A stretch of 64,000 nt of DNA from a virus, in IMG/VR virus record IMGVR_UViG_3300033997_000077, positions 65,993 through 129,992 of that record. One strand, given 5' to 3'. Positions within the stretch are counted from its first letter, which is position 1, and the number at the start of each line of letters is the position of its first letter. Below are positions 27,622-37,465 of the stretch, piece after piece. The notes under the pieces are model-generated. The model did no database searches. It was not told the origin of the DNA and saw only the letters and a list, made by a program, of their open reading frames with translations. The translations under genes were made by a program, and so were the position numbers.

Positions 27622-28446
27622 TTAGTCTCCCATTGCGGTGTAGAAGAAGTCCCAATCCGCCGCGTTAGTACCGGAGCACTTGATCACGAAACCGCCCAGC
27701 ATGCTGTTTTCAAACGTGCCGTCTTTGCGTGCGTGGTTATACAGTTTGTACGTCCGCGCTTGGTTCGTGGTCGCGTCCATGAACGTAATGCTCAAGGACA
27801 GTACGTGGTTCTGAAACGGCTTCTGGAACGTCACGTTTATAGTGTCGCGCAATGCCCGCGCAATCACACGCCCGCTGTTGATGATGCGACCAGTCATCAC
27901 ATCATTGTCGTAGCCGGAGTATGCTTGCTCGTAAGGGATCTCGGTGTCGGGATCCACATATTGCACGACGGTATAATCTGCTTTCACCGCGTCCTTGCCG
28001 GGAGGGCCGTCGGGGCCAGTGGGGCCAGTATCACCAGTGGGGCCAGTGTTACCAGTCGAGCCGCGCGGGCCAGTTCCACCTGTCGGGCCCATGCGTCCAC
28101 GGTCGCCTTTACGTCCAGCGCAACCTTGGCCGCCGTCACGTCCAGCGCGACCGTCTTTGCCCGGCGTACCCGGCGCTCCCGGAAGTCCCGGCGCGCCGCG
28201 CATTGCTTGTTGTAAGTCGCTCGCTCGGATGAAGCCCGAAACAGATTGCTGCCTGCCGTCAGGATACGAGACGGTCAACGTACCCGTCTCGGGATCGTAG
28301 TTGTACGTCACGTTCCCGTCGAACAGCGGATCGCTCGCGCCGGGTGGTACGAAGTCCGCAGTGCCACCGCCAGCGACTTCAAGGCGTGAGCCTTCTTCCG
28401 CTGCGGAAGCGTCGATCATAGCTGTGTTAATTCTCTGCATTACCAT
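27622..28446 (-). CDS. collagen-like tail fibre protein
   Basis: Run of G-X-Y triplets (GAPGLPGAP...GPPGKD); C-terminal NVTFQKPF domain. Confidence 0.8.
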   Translation of the reverse strand: MVMQRINTAMIDASAAEEGSRLEVAGGGTADFVPPGASDPLFDGNVTYNYDPETGTLTVSYPDGRQQSVSGFIRASDLQQAMRGAPGLPGAPGTPGKDGRAGRDGGQGCAGRKGDRGRMGPTGGTGPRGSTGNTGPTGDTGPTGPDGPPGKDAVKADYTVVQYVDPDTEIPYEQAYSGYDNDVMTGRIINSGRVIARALRDTINVTFQKPFQNHVLSLSITFMDATTNQARTYKLYNHARKDGTFENSMLGGFVIKCSGTNAADWDFFYTAMGD

Positions 28447-28457
28447 CGTTCAATTCC

Positions 28458-28682
28458 TTAGACCGGAGTCGTCCACTTCGGATACACCGGATCATTTGGT
28501 GCGTGCACAGCTGGGTTATGCTCGGGATTCCTAATGCGTGTGTTGTTCACGGTCATAAGAACCCAGCGAAAGGATCCCAGATTGGGATCCAAATATCGCA
28601 CACGATAACCACGTTCACGTAAATTATCGTGCCAGTTGCCAGTTGCGGGGTCGCGAATTGCTAAAACTCCATACGCTGCCAT
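28458..28682 (-). CDS. small protein resembling the N-terminus of the 870-aa tail protein
   Basis: IRDPATGNW/RYLDP..FRW/RIRNP triple repeat; GGAG RBS. Confidence 0.6.
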   Translation of the reverse strand: MAAYGVLAIRDPATGNWHDNLRERGYRVRYLDPNLGSFRWVLMTVNNTRIRNPEHNPAVHAPNDPVYPKWTTPV

Positions 28683-31600
28683 TATGCTCTCCTTACCGCA
28701 ATACCAACGTAGCCGGGGTTGTTGTCGTAGCTGTTACCGCCGTCACTATCGTTACGGCAACGTGCCACCACAGTGTACGAACCAGCAGGCAGGACAGCAG
28801 GCGTTGCCGCACCGCCATCCATGAAGCCCCAACGGTCTACGGAGAAGTAAACACGTCCGGTTTCGTTGTGCGTGATCGTCGCGTAGATGTGGTCATCCCA
28901 CAGGTAGTAGATAACCACTGAGGTCTCGACGCCGAGCGAGAACTGGTACGTGGCTTCCCAACCGGACTGGTTACCTTGATACACGTCGCCGCGATTCGGG
29001 TCAGTTGTGATCCACACACTACAGTCTGCCCATTGATGGCCCCACCAATGCGGAACCGCCATGAGGAACAAGTTGACATCAGGTTGCTGCCACACGTCAT
29101 GGCAGTAGCCAGACCAGCTGACAATCTTGTTGAACTGTCGGGTGTTGAACACGTCGCCGTCATCGTTGATGATAGTGCCAACGCCGCGCCCTTTGATGAT
29201 GTCGCCACGGCTCGGGTTAAACAGATCGACGTAGAAGAACTCGTCGTCTTCAACCAGAGTTTCACCGATCACGTTGATAGAGATCTGCTTCTGCGTCTCG
29301 TTCGACGAGAAGATCAGCTCACCACTGAACGGAGGGTCGATGTCAGGCGGCGACATTACTGCTGGGTCTACGATAAACGCCGAAATAGAGCCGGGCGCTT
29401 GGAATACCGGAATCGTAATGCCGTCAAGCAGCGCCTTGTTGCCGAGCGCAGCACGACACTGATCCAGATACACCATGCTCGATTCAGTCGGGTCGTTGTA
29501 GATGCGGACGCCGAAGCGGTTCATGATCCGCGTGAACGACTTCGTGAACACGTCGTGGTCAGTGATTGCAAACAGACCTGTGCCTTTGCGCACTGCTGCT
29601 TCCAAGTTCTTCGAGAACGATTCTGGGATGGCGGTCGCGATTGAGGTGGTCGAGCTGATAAACACCACGGAGTCGTATGCAAGGAAGTTGTCGACTGTCG
29701 GACGTCCGCTGTAGAAGTTCTGCCACACCATTGAGTCAACAGCGTAACCAGCTTCCCCAATGGTAGATGGAACTGCGATACCGAAGTCCACGTCTTTACT
29801 ACCCAGTGTTGCGTAGTTCACATTGACATCCACTTGGTCGCCAAGGAACAGCACGCGACGTTTCGGTCGACCGCGTTGCATCCAATCCAGCACGTTCTTG
29901 AAGTAGCGGCGCTGCCACGAACCAGCAGGCATCGTCCCGTTGTAGAACTTGGGGAACGCGCCGTCTGCAACAATGCGCACCAAATCATACTCGATGTAGA
30001 CAGAGTGCCAGTTGCCATGTTCGTCGATCAACAACGACTTCGGCAGCTTCTCTTCGTTGCTACTGATTGCGGTTGTTGCCGTACCATCCACGACTTTCCA
30101 GTTGATGATTGCGGGACGTCCGCGCAGGGGCCACGCCAGTGACACAGTGAACACTGCTTGGGTGTGACCGCTGTTGCCTTCGACTACCGCGACGTCATCG
30201 ATCCGGTATTGCGGAACGTCGTCAACCAGCGCGCAAGGCATCTCGATTGTGAGCGGCCACTTGTCGGTGTCACTCATGTCGATTTTCTTGAAGCGCAAAT
30301 CCGTGAGCTTCGTCCACGCATCGAGGGTGAAGACCTTGCGGTTGTCCATGCCGTCGAGGATCTTGGTGTAGCGGAAGCGGGCAATGCGTCCGTTCTCTTT
30401 CAGCTGAATGACGTCGAGCGATTCGCCGTTCACGCAGTACGGCCAGAGCAAACGCGTTTGGGTAAGGAAACCACCCGCAGCGCTGTCGTTAGCGAACGCT
30501 CCATGCAGCCCTTCGAAGATAACGTGGTCGCCATGTTGTGCACGTGCGCGCTCGACGACGAACGACTCTGGCTGAATTGCGGCAACACTATTGGTCTGCA
30601 CCGAGTACATGTCGGCCAACACGTTCATTACTGGATGCGCGGTATCCGAGATTGCGAACAGCCCTGCCCCACCTTTCACCACGGTCTGCAACACAGGCAT
30701 CAGGATTTGCATGCGCGCCCAGTCGTCAGCACCAGCACCTGCCGCCCAGAAAACCACGACGTCGTATTTACCGTAAGCACTGGCGACGGGTTTGCTGATC
30801 TTGGTGTGGTCGAGCACTGACAGGTTGAACCCAGCGGCCTTGACGTAATCCATGAAGGACGAACAGCCATCAGGATCCGTGTTCATCGGATTCCAGACGC
30901 CCGTCGTTGCCATCACGGTCGGCACGAACAGGACTTCCATTGTGGTGCCACGGCGAACCCAGTTCAACGCGTTCTTCACCCAGCGGGCGTTGAATGCCGC
31001 GACTGCGGGATCTGCGGTGGCCTTCTTGTTCTGGTACGAATCCCAGTTGGCTTGGAAGATCGCACGTTCCGCAATGCCTTGCAGCGTAGCGATGATCGGG
31101 CGGTTGGAGGTGTCGGACATTCGGGGCTCGATGGGACGTGCACCATCAGGTCGGAAGTCGAACGCCGCATCCACTACTGCGTTCGGGTCTTCGTCGACCG
31201 CGCCCTTGTAACGCTCAATCCCAACAGGCACGCCGGGAATTCCGACAAGCATGTAGGCGCTGCGCACTTTCATCTTGCGCAAAGTTGCTGCCCCTGCACC
31301 GATACGAATCAGCGCGTTCTGCAATGCAGCAGTCAGGTTGCGCGTCGGTTCGTCACTGGTTACCACCAACACGATGTGCCCAGCGTTGAGGGTGTTGAGG
31401 AACGCCGCGCATTCCGCTGCCTTATTCACGTCGCCATACACGTCATAGGATCTGTAATCCAGCACGTCGCCGTTCACGCGGCTGAACACCATGACGTTGT
31501 AACTACGCTGCGTATCCCAAGAGCGGCCACGGTAGGTTATTGCGTTCGGTGTCGGGGCACTGCCTCCGCCGTAATGCCAACCACGCGCACGGACGTACAG

Positions 31601-32716
31601 GACTTCGGGCCCGTGCTCTGGGGTCTGCAACTCATGCCACCAGTCGAACTTGAGAATTCCATTAGCCAAATCCGTCTTGTAGTTGGTCGGCTTCACCACA
31701 GTTGCAGGAACGTCGAACTCCATCGAGTAGATGTCGCCTTCGTTGTAGCAGCAGTTCGGACGGAACACTACGATGTTCGGAATGTAGATGCTGTCAGTGA
31801 ACGGTACGTCAACGCAGATTCCCTGATACCAAGTGCCGGGAAAACCATCGAGCCCTACGGTCGGCATTGAGCGCGAGTGACTGTAGGTTGCAGCACCTGA
31901 GATGAACAGGCGACGTCCGCCATACAGCGAGCCGATAGACTTCCACGCCAGATCATCGCCGTAGATGTTCTTGTAGTCGGTCACGGCTTCCGCGTAGAGG
32001 TGCGTGTAGTTGGCACCAGCGACTTGCATGCCAAGCGAGGGCATGAAGATGCGGTTGAACGTGTGGTTTGAATTCCAGCTGTAGCCGTCGGCTTGCACGC
32101 ACACCACGGGAGCACCGCGCCCAATAGCGTCAGCCAAGTTCTTGCACAGTTCGTCACTTGCGAGCCAGCTGGGGGAGCCGCTAAGCAGAATGATGATGCG
32201 CTTGAACTTCTCGAAGAATGCAACGGTGTTGTCGTAGTTGAGAGCACCGCTTTGGAGTTCGTGCATGGTCAGCATTGCCATCGGTTCCGTGGCGCTCAAG
32301 TGCTTCATCAGCTGGCCGTAGGATCTGGCGTTGCCGTCCATGTTTGAAAGATGGTTTGCCCAGTCGGGCGAATCGTTGAGGACGAGCGTCATGGATCCGC
32401 GCTCAACACGCGCAGCCAGTGACAGTGCGATCTTCAGCTGCACCATTGCGCCCTGAGTAAGGTACTCGGGTTTGCTGTAGTCGCCGAAGATACCGTTGCC
32501 TACTGGTCGATCTTTGGCATCGAAGTATCCATTCATAAATGCTGCGCCGTAGCCGAAGCAATAGCCAGCAGTCTGCTCGTTACGAATTGCGAACGATGTC
32601 CACATGTTGGTAGCGGGCTGAGTGTCCGCCATCAACGATGCCTTACCCGCTAACGGGTTATGGTTCCCAGACCATGCACATGCAAGAGGTCTGGTAAACG
32701 TGCAGAGGTTTGACAT
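28682..32716 (-). CDS. large multidomain tail protein (ILEI/GG-lectin-like, split Calx-beta, three alpha/beta repeats)
   Basis: ILEI-like RSYNVMVF...YDVYGD...IVLVVTSDEP...RSAYMLVG; Calx-beta halves IDDVAVVEGNSG and SGELIF...GTIINDD. Confidence 0.7.
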   Translation of the reverse strand: MSNLCTFTRPLACAWSGNHNPLAGKASLMADTQPATNMWTSFAIRNEQTAGYCFGYGAAFMNGYFDAKDRPVGNGIFGDYSKPEYLTQGAMVQLKIALSLAARVERGSMTLVLNDSPDWANHLSNMDGNARSYGQLMKHLSATEPMAMLTMHELQSGALNYDNTVAFFEKFKRIIILLSGSPSWLASDELCKNLADAIGRGAPVVCVQADGYSWNSNHTFNRIFMPSLGMQVAGANYTHLYAEAVTDYKNIYGDDLAWKSIGSLYGGRRLFISGAATYSHSRSMPTVGLDGFPGTWYQGICVDVPFTDSIYIPNIVVFRPNCCYNEGDIYSMEFDVPATVVKPTNYKTDLANGILKFDWWHELQTPEHGPEVLYVRARGWHYGGGSAPTPNAITYRGRSWDTQRSYNVMVFSRVNGDVLDYRSYDVYGDVNKAAECAAFLNTLNAGHIVLVVTSDEPTRNLTAALQNALIRIGAGAATLRKMKVRSAYMLVGIPGVPVGIERYKGAVDEDPNAVVDAAFDFRPDGARPIEPRMSDTSNRPIIATLQGIAERAIFQANWDSYQNKKATADPAVAAFNARWVKNALNWVRRGTTMEVLFVPTVMATTGVWNPMNTDPDGCSSFMDYVKAAGFNLSVLDHTKISKPVASAYGKYDVVVFWAAGAGADDWARMQILMPVLQTVVKGGAGLFAISDTAHPVMNVLADMYSVQTNSVAAIQPESFVVERARAQHGDHVIFEGLHGAFANDSAAGGFLTQTRLLWPYCVNGESLDVIQLKENGRIARFRYTKILDGMDNRKVFTLDAWTKLTDLRFKKIDMSDTDKWPLTIEMPCALVDDVPQYRIDDVAVVEGNSGHTQAVFTVSLAWPLRGRPAIINWKVVDGTATTAISSNEEKLPKSLLIDEHGNWHSVYIEYDLVRIVADGAFPKFYNGTMPAGSWQRRYFKNVLDWMQRGRPKRRVLFLGDQVDVNVNYATLGSKDVDFGIAVPSTIGEAGYAVDSMVWQNFYSGRPTVDNFLAYDSVVFISSTTSIATAIPESFSKNLEAAVRKGTGLFAITDHDVFTKSFTRIMNRFGVRIYNDPTESSMVYLDQCRAALGNKALLDGITIPVFQAPGSISAFIVDPAVMSPPDIDPPFSGELIFSSNETQKQISINVIGETLVEDDEFFYVDLFNPSRGDIIKGRGVGTIINDDGDVFNTRQFNKIVSWSGYCHDVWQQPDVNLFLMAVPHWWGHQWADCSVWITTDPNRGDVYQGNQSGWEATYQFSLGVETSVVIYYLWDDHIYATITHNETGRVYFSVDRWGFMDGGAATPAVLPAGSYTVVARCRNDSDGGNSYDNNPGYVGIAVRRA

Positions 32717-32728
32717 CCAAAATTCTCC

Positions 32729-32751
32729 AAAGAAGGGGCCGAAGCCCCCTC
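32729..32751 (-). terminator. intrinsic terminator with UUCG loop
   Basis: GGGGC-TTCG-GCCCC followed by TTCTTT on the - strand. Confidence 0.75.
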
Positions 32752-32752
32752 G

Positions 32753-35365
32753 TTAAACGTCGAGCCCTTCCACAACAAACGGACGCGACATCAGGAAGAA
32801 GCACGACCAGTCATCGTACCAACATTCAATCCCGTTCCCCACTGGGTACTTGAGCTTGGTGTTGCCGTAACCGAACGATGCAATACCGTTTTTGCCGAGA
32901 CCGACGATGTGGTTGTGTGAGCAGATCGTGTGTTGGTCAGTGCGGTAGTCTTTCGCAATGTTCCACAGCGCATACTCGCGACCAGTCACCCACGGGAACG
33001 CACGGCCTGCATGACCAACGGCCCACGGATCGTACAAGTCTTCGCGCCAACCCAAGTAATCCAAGTCACCTTGCGATTCGAAAATCGGTCGGCGGATTAC
33101 CATCATGGTCTTGTAGTTGGTGTCCCATGCGCGTGACGCCCGCATCGTCTTATCCTTCCAGAAACTGAAGTCGTTCGAGTTGGATGTCGTGATGCACCAG
33201 CGCCAGTCATCGGTATGCCATTTCGGGAACTTGTCGGGCGCAGGCATGAAGAAGTGCGTCTGCGAAATCTCTTGTGCTCCGTGGTCATCTGACGAGAATA
33301 TGAAATACTCATAGCCATGTTCCCACGCGACGTTGCCCAAGATACCGCCGCCACCATTCGCCACTATGCGCCAGCTGTTGTCGAACTCCGTGCCTTCGGT
33401 GTCTGGTGTGATGATGATGTCACGCTCGTACACCTGCCGGATCCCCATCCACGCGATGAAGCCCGTTGCTGGGTTACTGCGGTCACCTCGTCCCATTCGA
33501 ACACGCGGCGCGTTATCACCGCCATCGTAGAACATCTCACTCGTTGTCCAAATCGTCATAGCGATTGGTGCATACGGGATGATGTTGCGCACCATGATGT
33601 CGTCATGGTTCGTGCCCACGATGTAGTATTCGCAGTCCTCACGCCACGGGTAGTTGATCCAGTCTGCCCACACGTTGTCGACAACCAAACGCCACGCGCC
33701 ATTCCCGCCGGGCAAGTCATCGGCCTTCGGGGTCTCAACGCAGGTGAACGGAATGATCGTTGACGGAACTTCAACGTCGGGTTTCTGGATTGGGCAGTGC
33801 ACGAAGTAGCGCCAGCTACAGCCGATACCGGATGTCACGTGAACGCGCGGATAGCGAACGTCAGTGTTACCTATCGGGGCCCAGTATTCGAGGTTGCCAG
33901 TTTGTCCGGCTTCCACGATCTGAGTATCCAACAGGTTGTCGTTGACGTCGAACACTTCGAACTTCGCTTTCTGGTTACCTGCTTGGCAGTTGATCAGGAT
34001 ACCGCACACGTCGTCCTTGAACTTGCCTTGCAGGTCGAAGTTGTCTTCCGTGGTCGGGTGGCCCGCACTCGTTACCTCGTAGGATCCGCAGGGGTGGCGG
34101 AACTCTCGGGCACCGCGCGTTTCCGGACACCACAGGCCGTAGTAGACGGAAGTCGCATCTGGTTTGCTGCCGTCGGGCTGCACCTCTGCGAAATCTTCAC
34201 TGACCACACGAACCACGATGTCCTGACATTGGTTCTGCGTCGGGTCGAAGTAGAACTTCAGGAATCCGCGACCGCTTTCAGGATCCAACGTTGTGGCAAT
34301 TCGGCGTCCGTAGTGGTACACCTCAACGAAGTCTTTGTTGTTCCACGACTTGAAGTCCAAATACATCCAGCCCGCTAGTTCGCCGACGTGGTGATAGTAT
34401 TCGAAGTGGCCGCGAATCGACAAGCGCTCTGGCCGCACGTACACCGCAGCGTGACACGGCGCAGGGAAGATCGGCGTGCCCAGATAGTGCGGCGACAACA
34501 CGTCCGGCATGCTGGTGATCGCATACGGCTTGTAGTAGTCGGGCCGCAGGTTGTTGACTTCTGACGCAAGCAGCTCGCTAGGTGCGCGGCAATGCAGGGC
34601 CCAACGTCCAGCTTCATTGCAACGAACGCGAACCATGATACGCTCTTCGCCGTTGCCCTCTGCCGGATCGTAGTAGAAGCGCAGGCGTCCCCGTCCGGTT
34701 TTCTTACCGCAGCTTGTGCCACGGCGGATCCCCAGATAGTAGACGTCGACCGACATCCCGAACTGTTCCCAGCACACCCAAGTTATGTCAACGTAGCCGG
34801 GCGTTTGCCCCAGCATGTAGCAGAATTCCGTGATTGCGGCACCGCGCCCAAACACTGACGTCCACGCAGGCGCTGGGTTCGAGTAAGATGCGTCACCGTT
34901 GTACGCGGCAACCGGAGCGTTGTCGTAACTCTCCACCATGTCGGCACCAGTACGGCGCAGTGCAAAACCAGTAGGCCACATGTCGACGGGTTCAACGCCG
35001 AAACCAGCAAGCCCCGCGTCGGGCATGTCGTAACCAGCAGGATAGCCAGCAACTTGCTCCCACTCAGCACCACCGGAACCCATACCGTTGCCGGATCCCA
35101 TTTCTTTATCTTCGATGCCGCCATTACACGAACCCGGAATTGTCATGCGCAAGCACGGGTCGTCGATGTCTGGCTCTGCTTCGTTGTCGATGTCAATCCA
35201 TCCGCTGTTCGTCTGATTTCGGATACTGAAATCGCCGGGCACAAGGCGAATCCAGTCCAAGTTATCAGGGTCACGAACAAACACTTCGTGATCCGCAAGG
35301 TCTTCCCATTTGTTGTTTAGGATGTTGCGGAAGCGCAGACGAGATCTTACGAGTGAGTCACCCAT
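32753..35365 (-). CDS. large Trp/Cys-rich tail-associated protein with internal repeats
   Basis: 870 aa; repeats GRG.L.FY.DP and W...EY. Confidence 0.7.
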   Translation of the reverse strand: MGDSLVRSRLRFRNILNNKWEDLADHEVFVRDPDNLDWIRLVPGDFSIRNQTNSGWIDIDNEAEPDIDDPCLRMTIPGSCNGGIEDKEMGSGNGMGSGGAEWEQVAGYPAGYDMPDAGLAGFGVEPVDMWPTGFALRRTGADMVESYDNAPVAAYNGDASYSNPAPAWTSVFGRGAAITEFCYMLGQTPGYVDITWVCWEQFGMSVDVYYLGIRRGTSCGKKTGRGRLRFYYDPAEGNGEERIMVRVRCNEAGRWALHCRAPSELLASEVNNLRPDYYKPYAITSMPDVLSPHYLGTPIFPAPCHAAVYVRPERLSIRGHFEYYHHVGELAGWMYLDFKSWNNKDFVEVYHYGRRIATTLDPESGRGFLKFYFDPTQNQCQDIVVRVVSEDFAEVQPDGSKPDATSVYYGLWCPETRGAREFRHPCGSYEVTSAGHPTTEDNFDLQGKFKDDVCGILINCQAGNQKAKFEVFDVNDNLLDTQIVEAGQTGNLEYWAPIGNTDVRYPRVHVTSGIGCSWRYFVHCPIQKPDVEVPSTIIPFTCVETPKADDLPGGNGAWRLVVDNVWADWINYPWREDCEYYIVGTNHDDIMVRNIIPYAPIAMTIWTTSEMFYDGGDNAPRVRMGRGDRSNPATGFIAWMGIRQVYERDIIITPDTEGTEFDNSWRIVANGGGGILGNVAWEHGYEYFIFSSDDHGAQEISQTHFFMPAPDKFPKWHTDDWRWCITTSNSNDFSFWKDKTMRASRAWDTNYKTMMVIRRPIFESQGDLDYLGWREDLYDPWAVGHAGRAFPWVTGREYALWNIAKDYRTDQHTICSHNHIVGLGKNGIASFGYGNTKLKYPVGNGIECWYDDWSCFFLMSRPFVVEGLDV

Positions 35366-35374
35366 CGTATCTCC

Positions 35375-35881
35375 TTAACGCGTTGCTTTAGCTCGCGGGC
35401 GAATCCAGAATGCGCCAGCACCAACAGGGCCGGGATCTGTGCTCTGCATGTAAACAGCTGCGCGACCATCTTGGCCGGGTTCACCTTGTTTACCTTCTGG
35501 GCCGGGGCCGCCCGGATCACCTTCACGTCCGCGCGGGCCATCTTTGCCGGGCAAACCTTCTTGACCATCAGCACCGATACAACCATCGGGGCCGCGTTGT
35601 CCGTCGCGCGGGTTCAAGCCTGCAATACCGTCACGACCGCGCGAACCATCCGCACCAGCTGGGCCGGATCCCATGTCGCTAGTCTTCGGCAAACCAGTGA
35701 TCACGAACGTTCCAATGTTAGGCAGACTGATTGAGAGCTGGCCCGTTACTGCATCGAACTTTCCACTGGGTTCCGTAACCGAACCTTCGGCAACTGGAGT
35801 AACTACGACTCCACCATCGGCGGCAGCTAACGCGCCTTCGCCGTTAGTGCCGATCTGTTCAACGTTAACCTTTTGCATCAC
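35375..35881 (-). CDS. collagen-like fibre protein
   Basis: G-X-Y run containing GC; C-terminal STDPGPVGAGAFW. Confidence 0.8.
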   Translation of the reverse strand: MMQKVNVEQIGTNGEGALAAADGGVVVTPVAEGSVTEPSGKFDAVTGQLSISLPNIGTFVITGLPKTSDMGSGPAGADGSRGRDGIAGLNPRDGQRGPDGCIGADGQEGLPGKDGPRGREGDPGGPGPEGKQGEPGQDGRAAVYMQSTDPGPVGAGAFWIRPRAKATR

Positions 35882-35888
35882 ACACTCC

Positions 35889-36515
35889 TTAAATCCAGAC
35901 AGGCGGTTGATCTACGTTCGGGTTCACCCAAATCGTACCAGCTGCAACGTTGCCGGGATCTGTTGCAGACACCACGATATTCACAACGCCGGGAGGGCCA
36001 GGGTTTCCTGTTGGGCCAGTGGGGCCCGTAACACCTGTTGGGCCAGTTGGGCCAGTTGGGCCACGTTTACCACGCGGGCCTTCACGTCCACGCGGGCCCG
36101 GATTTCCATCAGGGCCGGGCATTCCAACTGGGCCGGGACGTCCGGGTCTTCCATCTTTGCCGGGCGCTCCCGTTGCACCGCGTTCACCTTCGCGTCCATC
36201 ACAACCTGCTTGACCATCTGGGCCCTGCGCACCGTCACGTCCGTCACGTCCGTCACGACCCGGATCGCCGGGTTCACCTTGCAATCCTTGCGGAAGATTG
36301 TTCTCGCTGGGAAATCCAGTGACTGTTGTGATCGTGCCGTCGTAATACTCAAGCGTTAAGACACCGAGTATCGGATCGAATCGGCCTGACCTGATATTCT
36401 GAGGCTGCGTTGATTGCGCCTCACCAGTCGAGAGTCGCTGATCCTCCACCTTCACCTGCTTACCTGCTGCGGTTGCGGGTGCAGTGATCATGCTCACATT
36501 CAAACGAGATAGCAT
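35889..36515 (-). CDS. collagen-like fibre protein
   Basis: Long G-X-Y run; C-terminal SATDPGNVAAGTIW. Confidence 0.8.
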   Translation of the reverse strand: MLSRLNVSMITAPATAAGKQVKVEDQRLSTGEAQSTQPQNIRSGRFDPILGVLTLEYYDGTITTVTGFPSENNLPQGLQGEPGDPGRDGRDGRDGAQGPDGQAGCDGREGERGATGAPGKDGRPGRPGPVGMPGPDGNPGPRGREGPRGKRGPTGPTGPTGVTGPTGPTGNPGPPGVVNIVVSATDPGNVAAGTIWVNPNVDQPPVWI

Positions 36516-36516
36516 G

Positions 36517-37461
36517 TTACACCTTAATCCTTACTTCGGCAGTATCGAAGAATGACGGTTTGCCGGGTCGAGCAATATCACGCACTACAAGTTTCACGGT
36601 GAAGATTTCGCCGGGATAACTTGAATTCGGAGCGCGTCGTGAGTAGTCAACCGTGAGTCTCAGGCCAGACGGTTTGAACTTGATGCCTTGAATGTCCGGC
36701 ACGATCCACGTGTACTCGTAGACACCGCTTCCACCAACTGCGGTTGCTTCCACATCGAAGAGCGCGGAGAACATGTTGGTCTGTTGGAAACGTTGCGCCT
36801 GTACCGATCTGTCCTTGACGTATACCGTGACGTCGCTCCACTTCGGAACTTCCGGTCGGTCATATCCATCAAGCGGCAGCACCCAGAGGAACACTGCGGG
36901 ATCTGTTGGTAGGTTAGGGCCGTATACGCACGTCCCTAGCGGTGCGGGCCCAGCGGGGCCACGCTTCCCAACAATACATGACGGGCCAGCGGGCCCAACG
37001 ACACCTTCGTCGCCTTCCTCACCTTCTTCGCCTTGGTATCCCTCAATGCCGGAGATACCGCGACGTCCCATCAAACCCTGCGCGCCGTCCGGCCCGTCTT
37101 CACCATCTTCCCCAGCGTCACCATCAGCACCGACTGCACCTTTGGGCCCATCACAACCATTGGGCCCAGTGTTTCCGGTGGCACCATCTCGGCCATCGCG
37201 CCCAGCTAAACCACGCCGACCTTTGCGGCCACGCTTAGCTGGTTTTATTTGCGCGGCTGTCGGGAATCCTGAGATCTCTTCAGTGTCGCCATTGCGGCGC
37301 ACCAACGTCAGGACTCCCGCTTCGTTGTCATACACTGCGTGCACAACAACTAGGTCAGATGCCGATGGAGCGGGCTGTAACTCCAACACTCCATCGGGCC
37401 CGACAACAACCTTGTCGCCATCTGTGCCACCAATCGCTGATACTTGATCAGAGCTTGGCAT
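36517..37461 (-). CDS. collagen-like fibre protein with C-terminal Ig-like domain
   Basis: G-X-Y run; C-terminal AVGGSGVYEYTW. Confidence 0.8.
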   Translation of the reverse strand: MPSSDQVSAIGGTDGDKVVVGPDGVLELQPAPSASDLVVVHAVYDNEAGVLTLVRRNGDTEEISGFPTAAQIKPAKRGRKGRRGLAGRDGRDGATGNTGPNGCDGPKGAVGADGDAGEDGEDGPDGAQGLMGRRGISGIEGYQGEEGEEGDEGVVGPAGPSCIVGKRGPAGPAPLGTCVYGPNLPTDPAVFLWVLPLDGYDRPEVPKWSDVTVYVKDRSVQAQRFQQTNMFSALFDVEATAVGGSGVYEYTWIVPDIQGIKFKPSGLRLTVDYSRRAPNSSYPGEIFTVKLVVRDIARPGKPSFFDTAEVRIKV

Positions 37462-37465
37462 GCTG

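Noticed and set aside
35375-37461. Short 9-nt tandem repeats (e.g. CCGTCACGT, GGGCCAGTT) as CRISPR or VNTR
   Set aside because: Explained by collagen G-X-Y coding; no spacers
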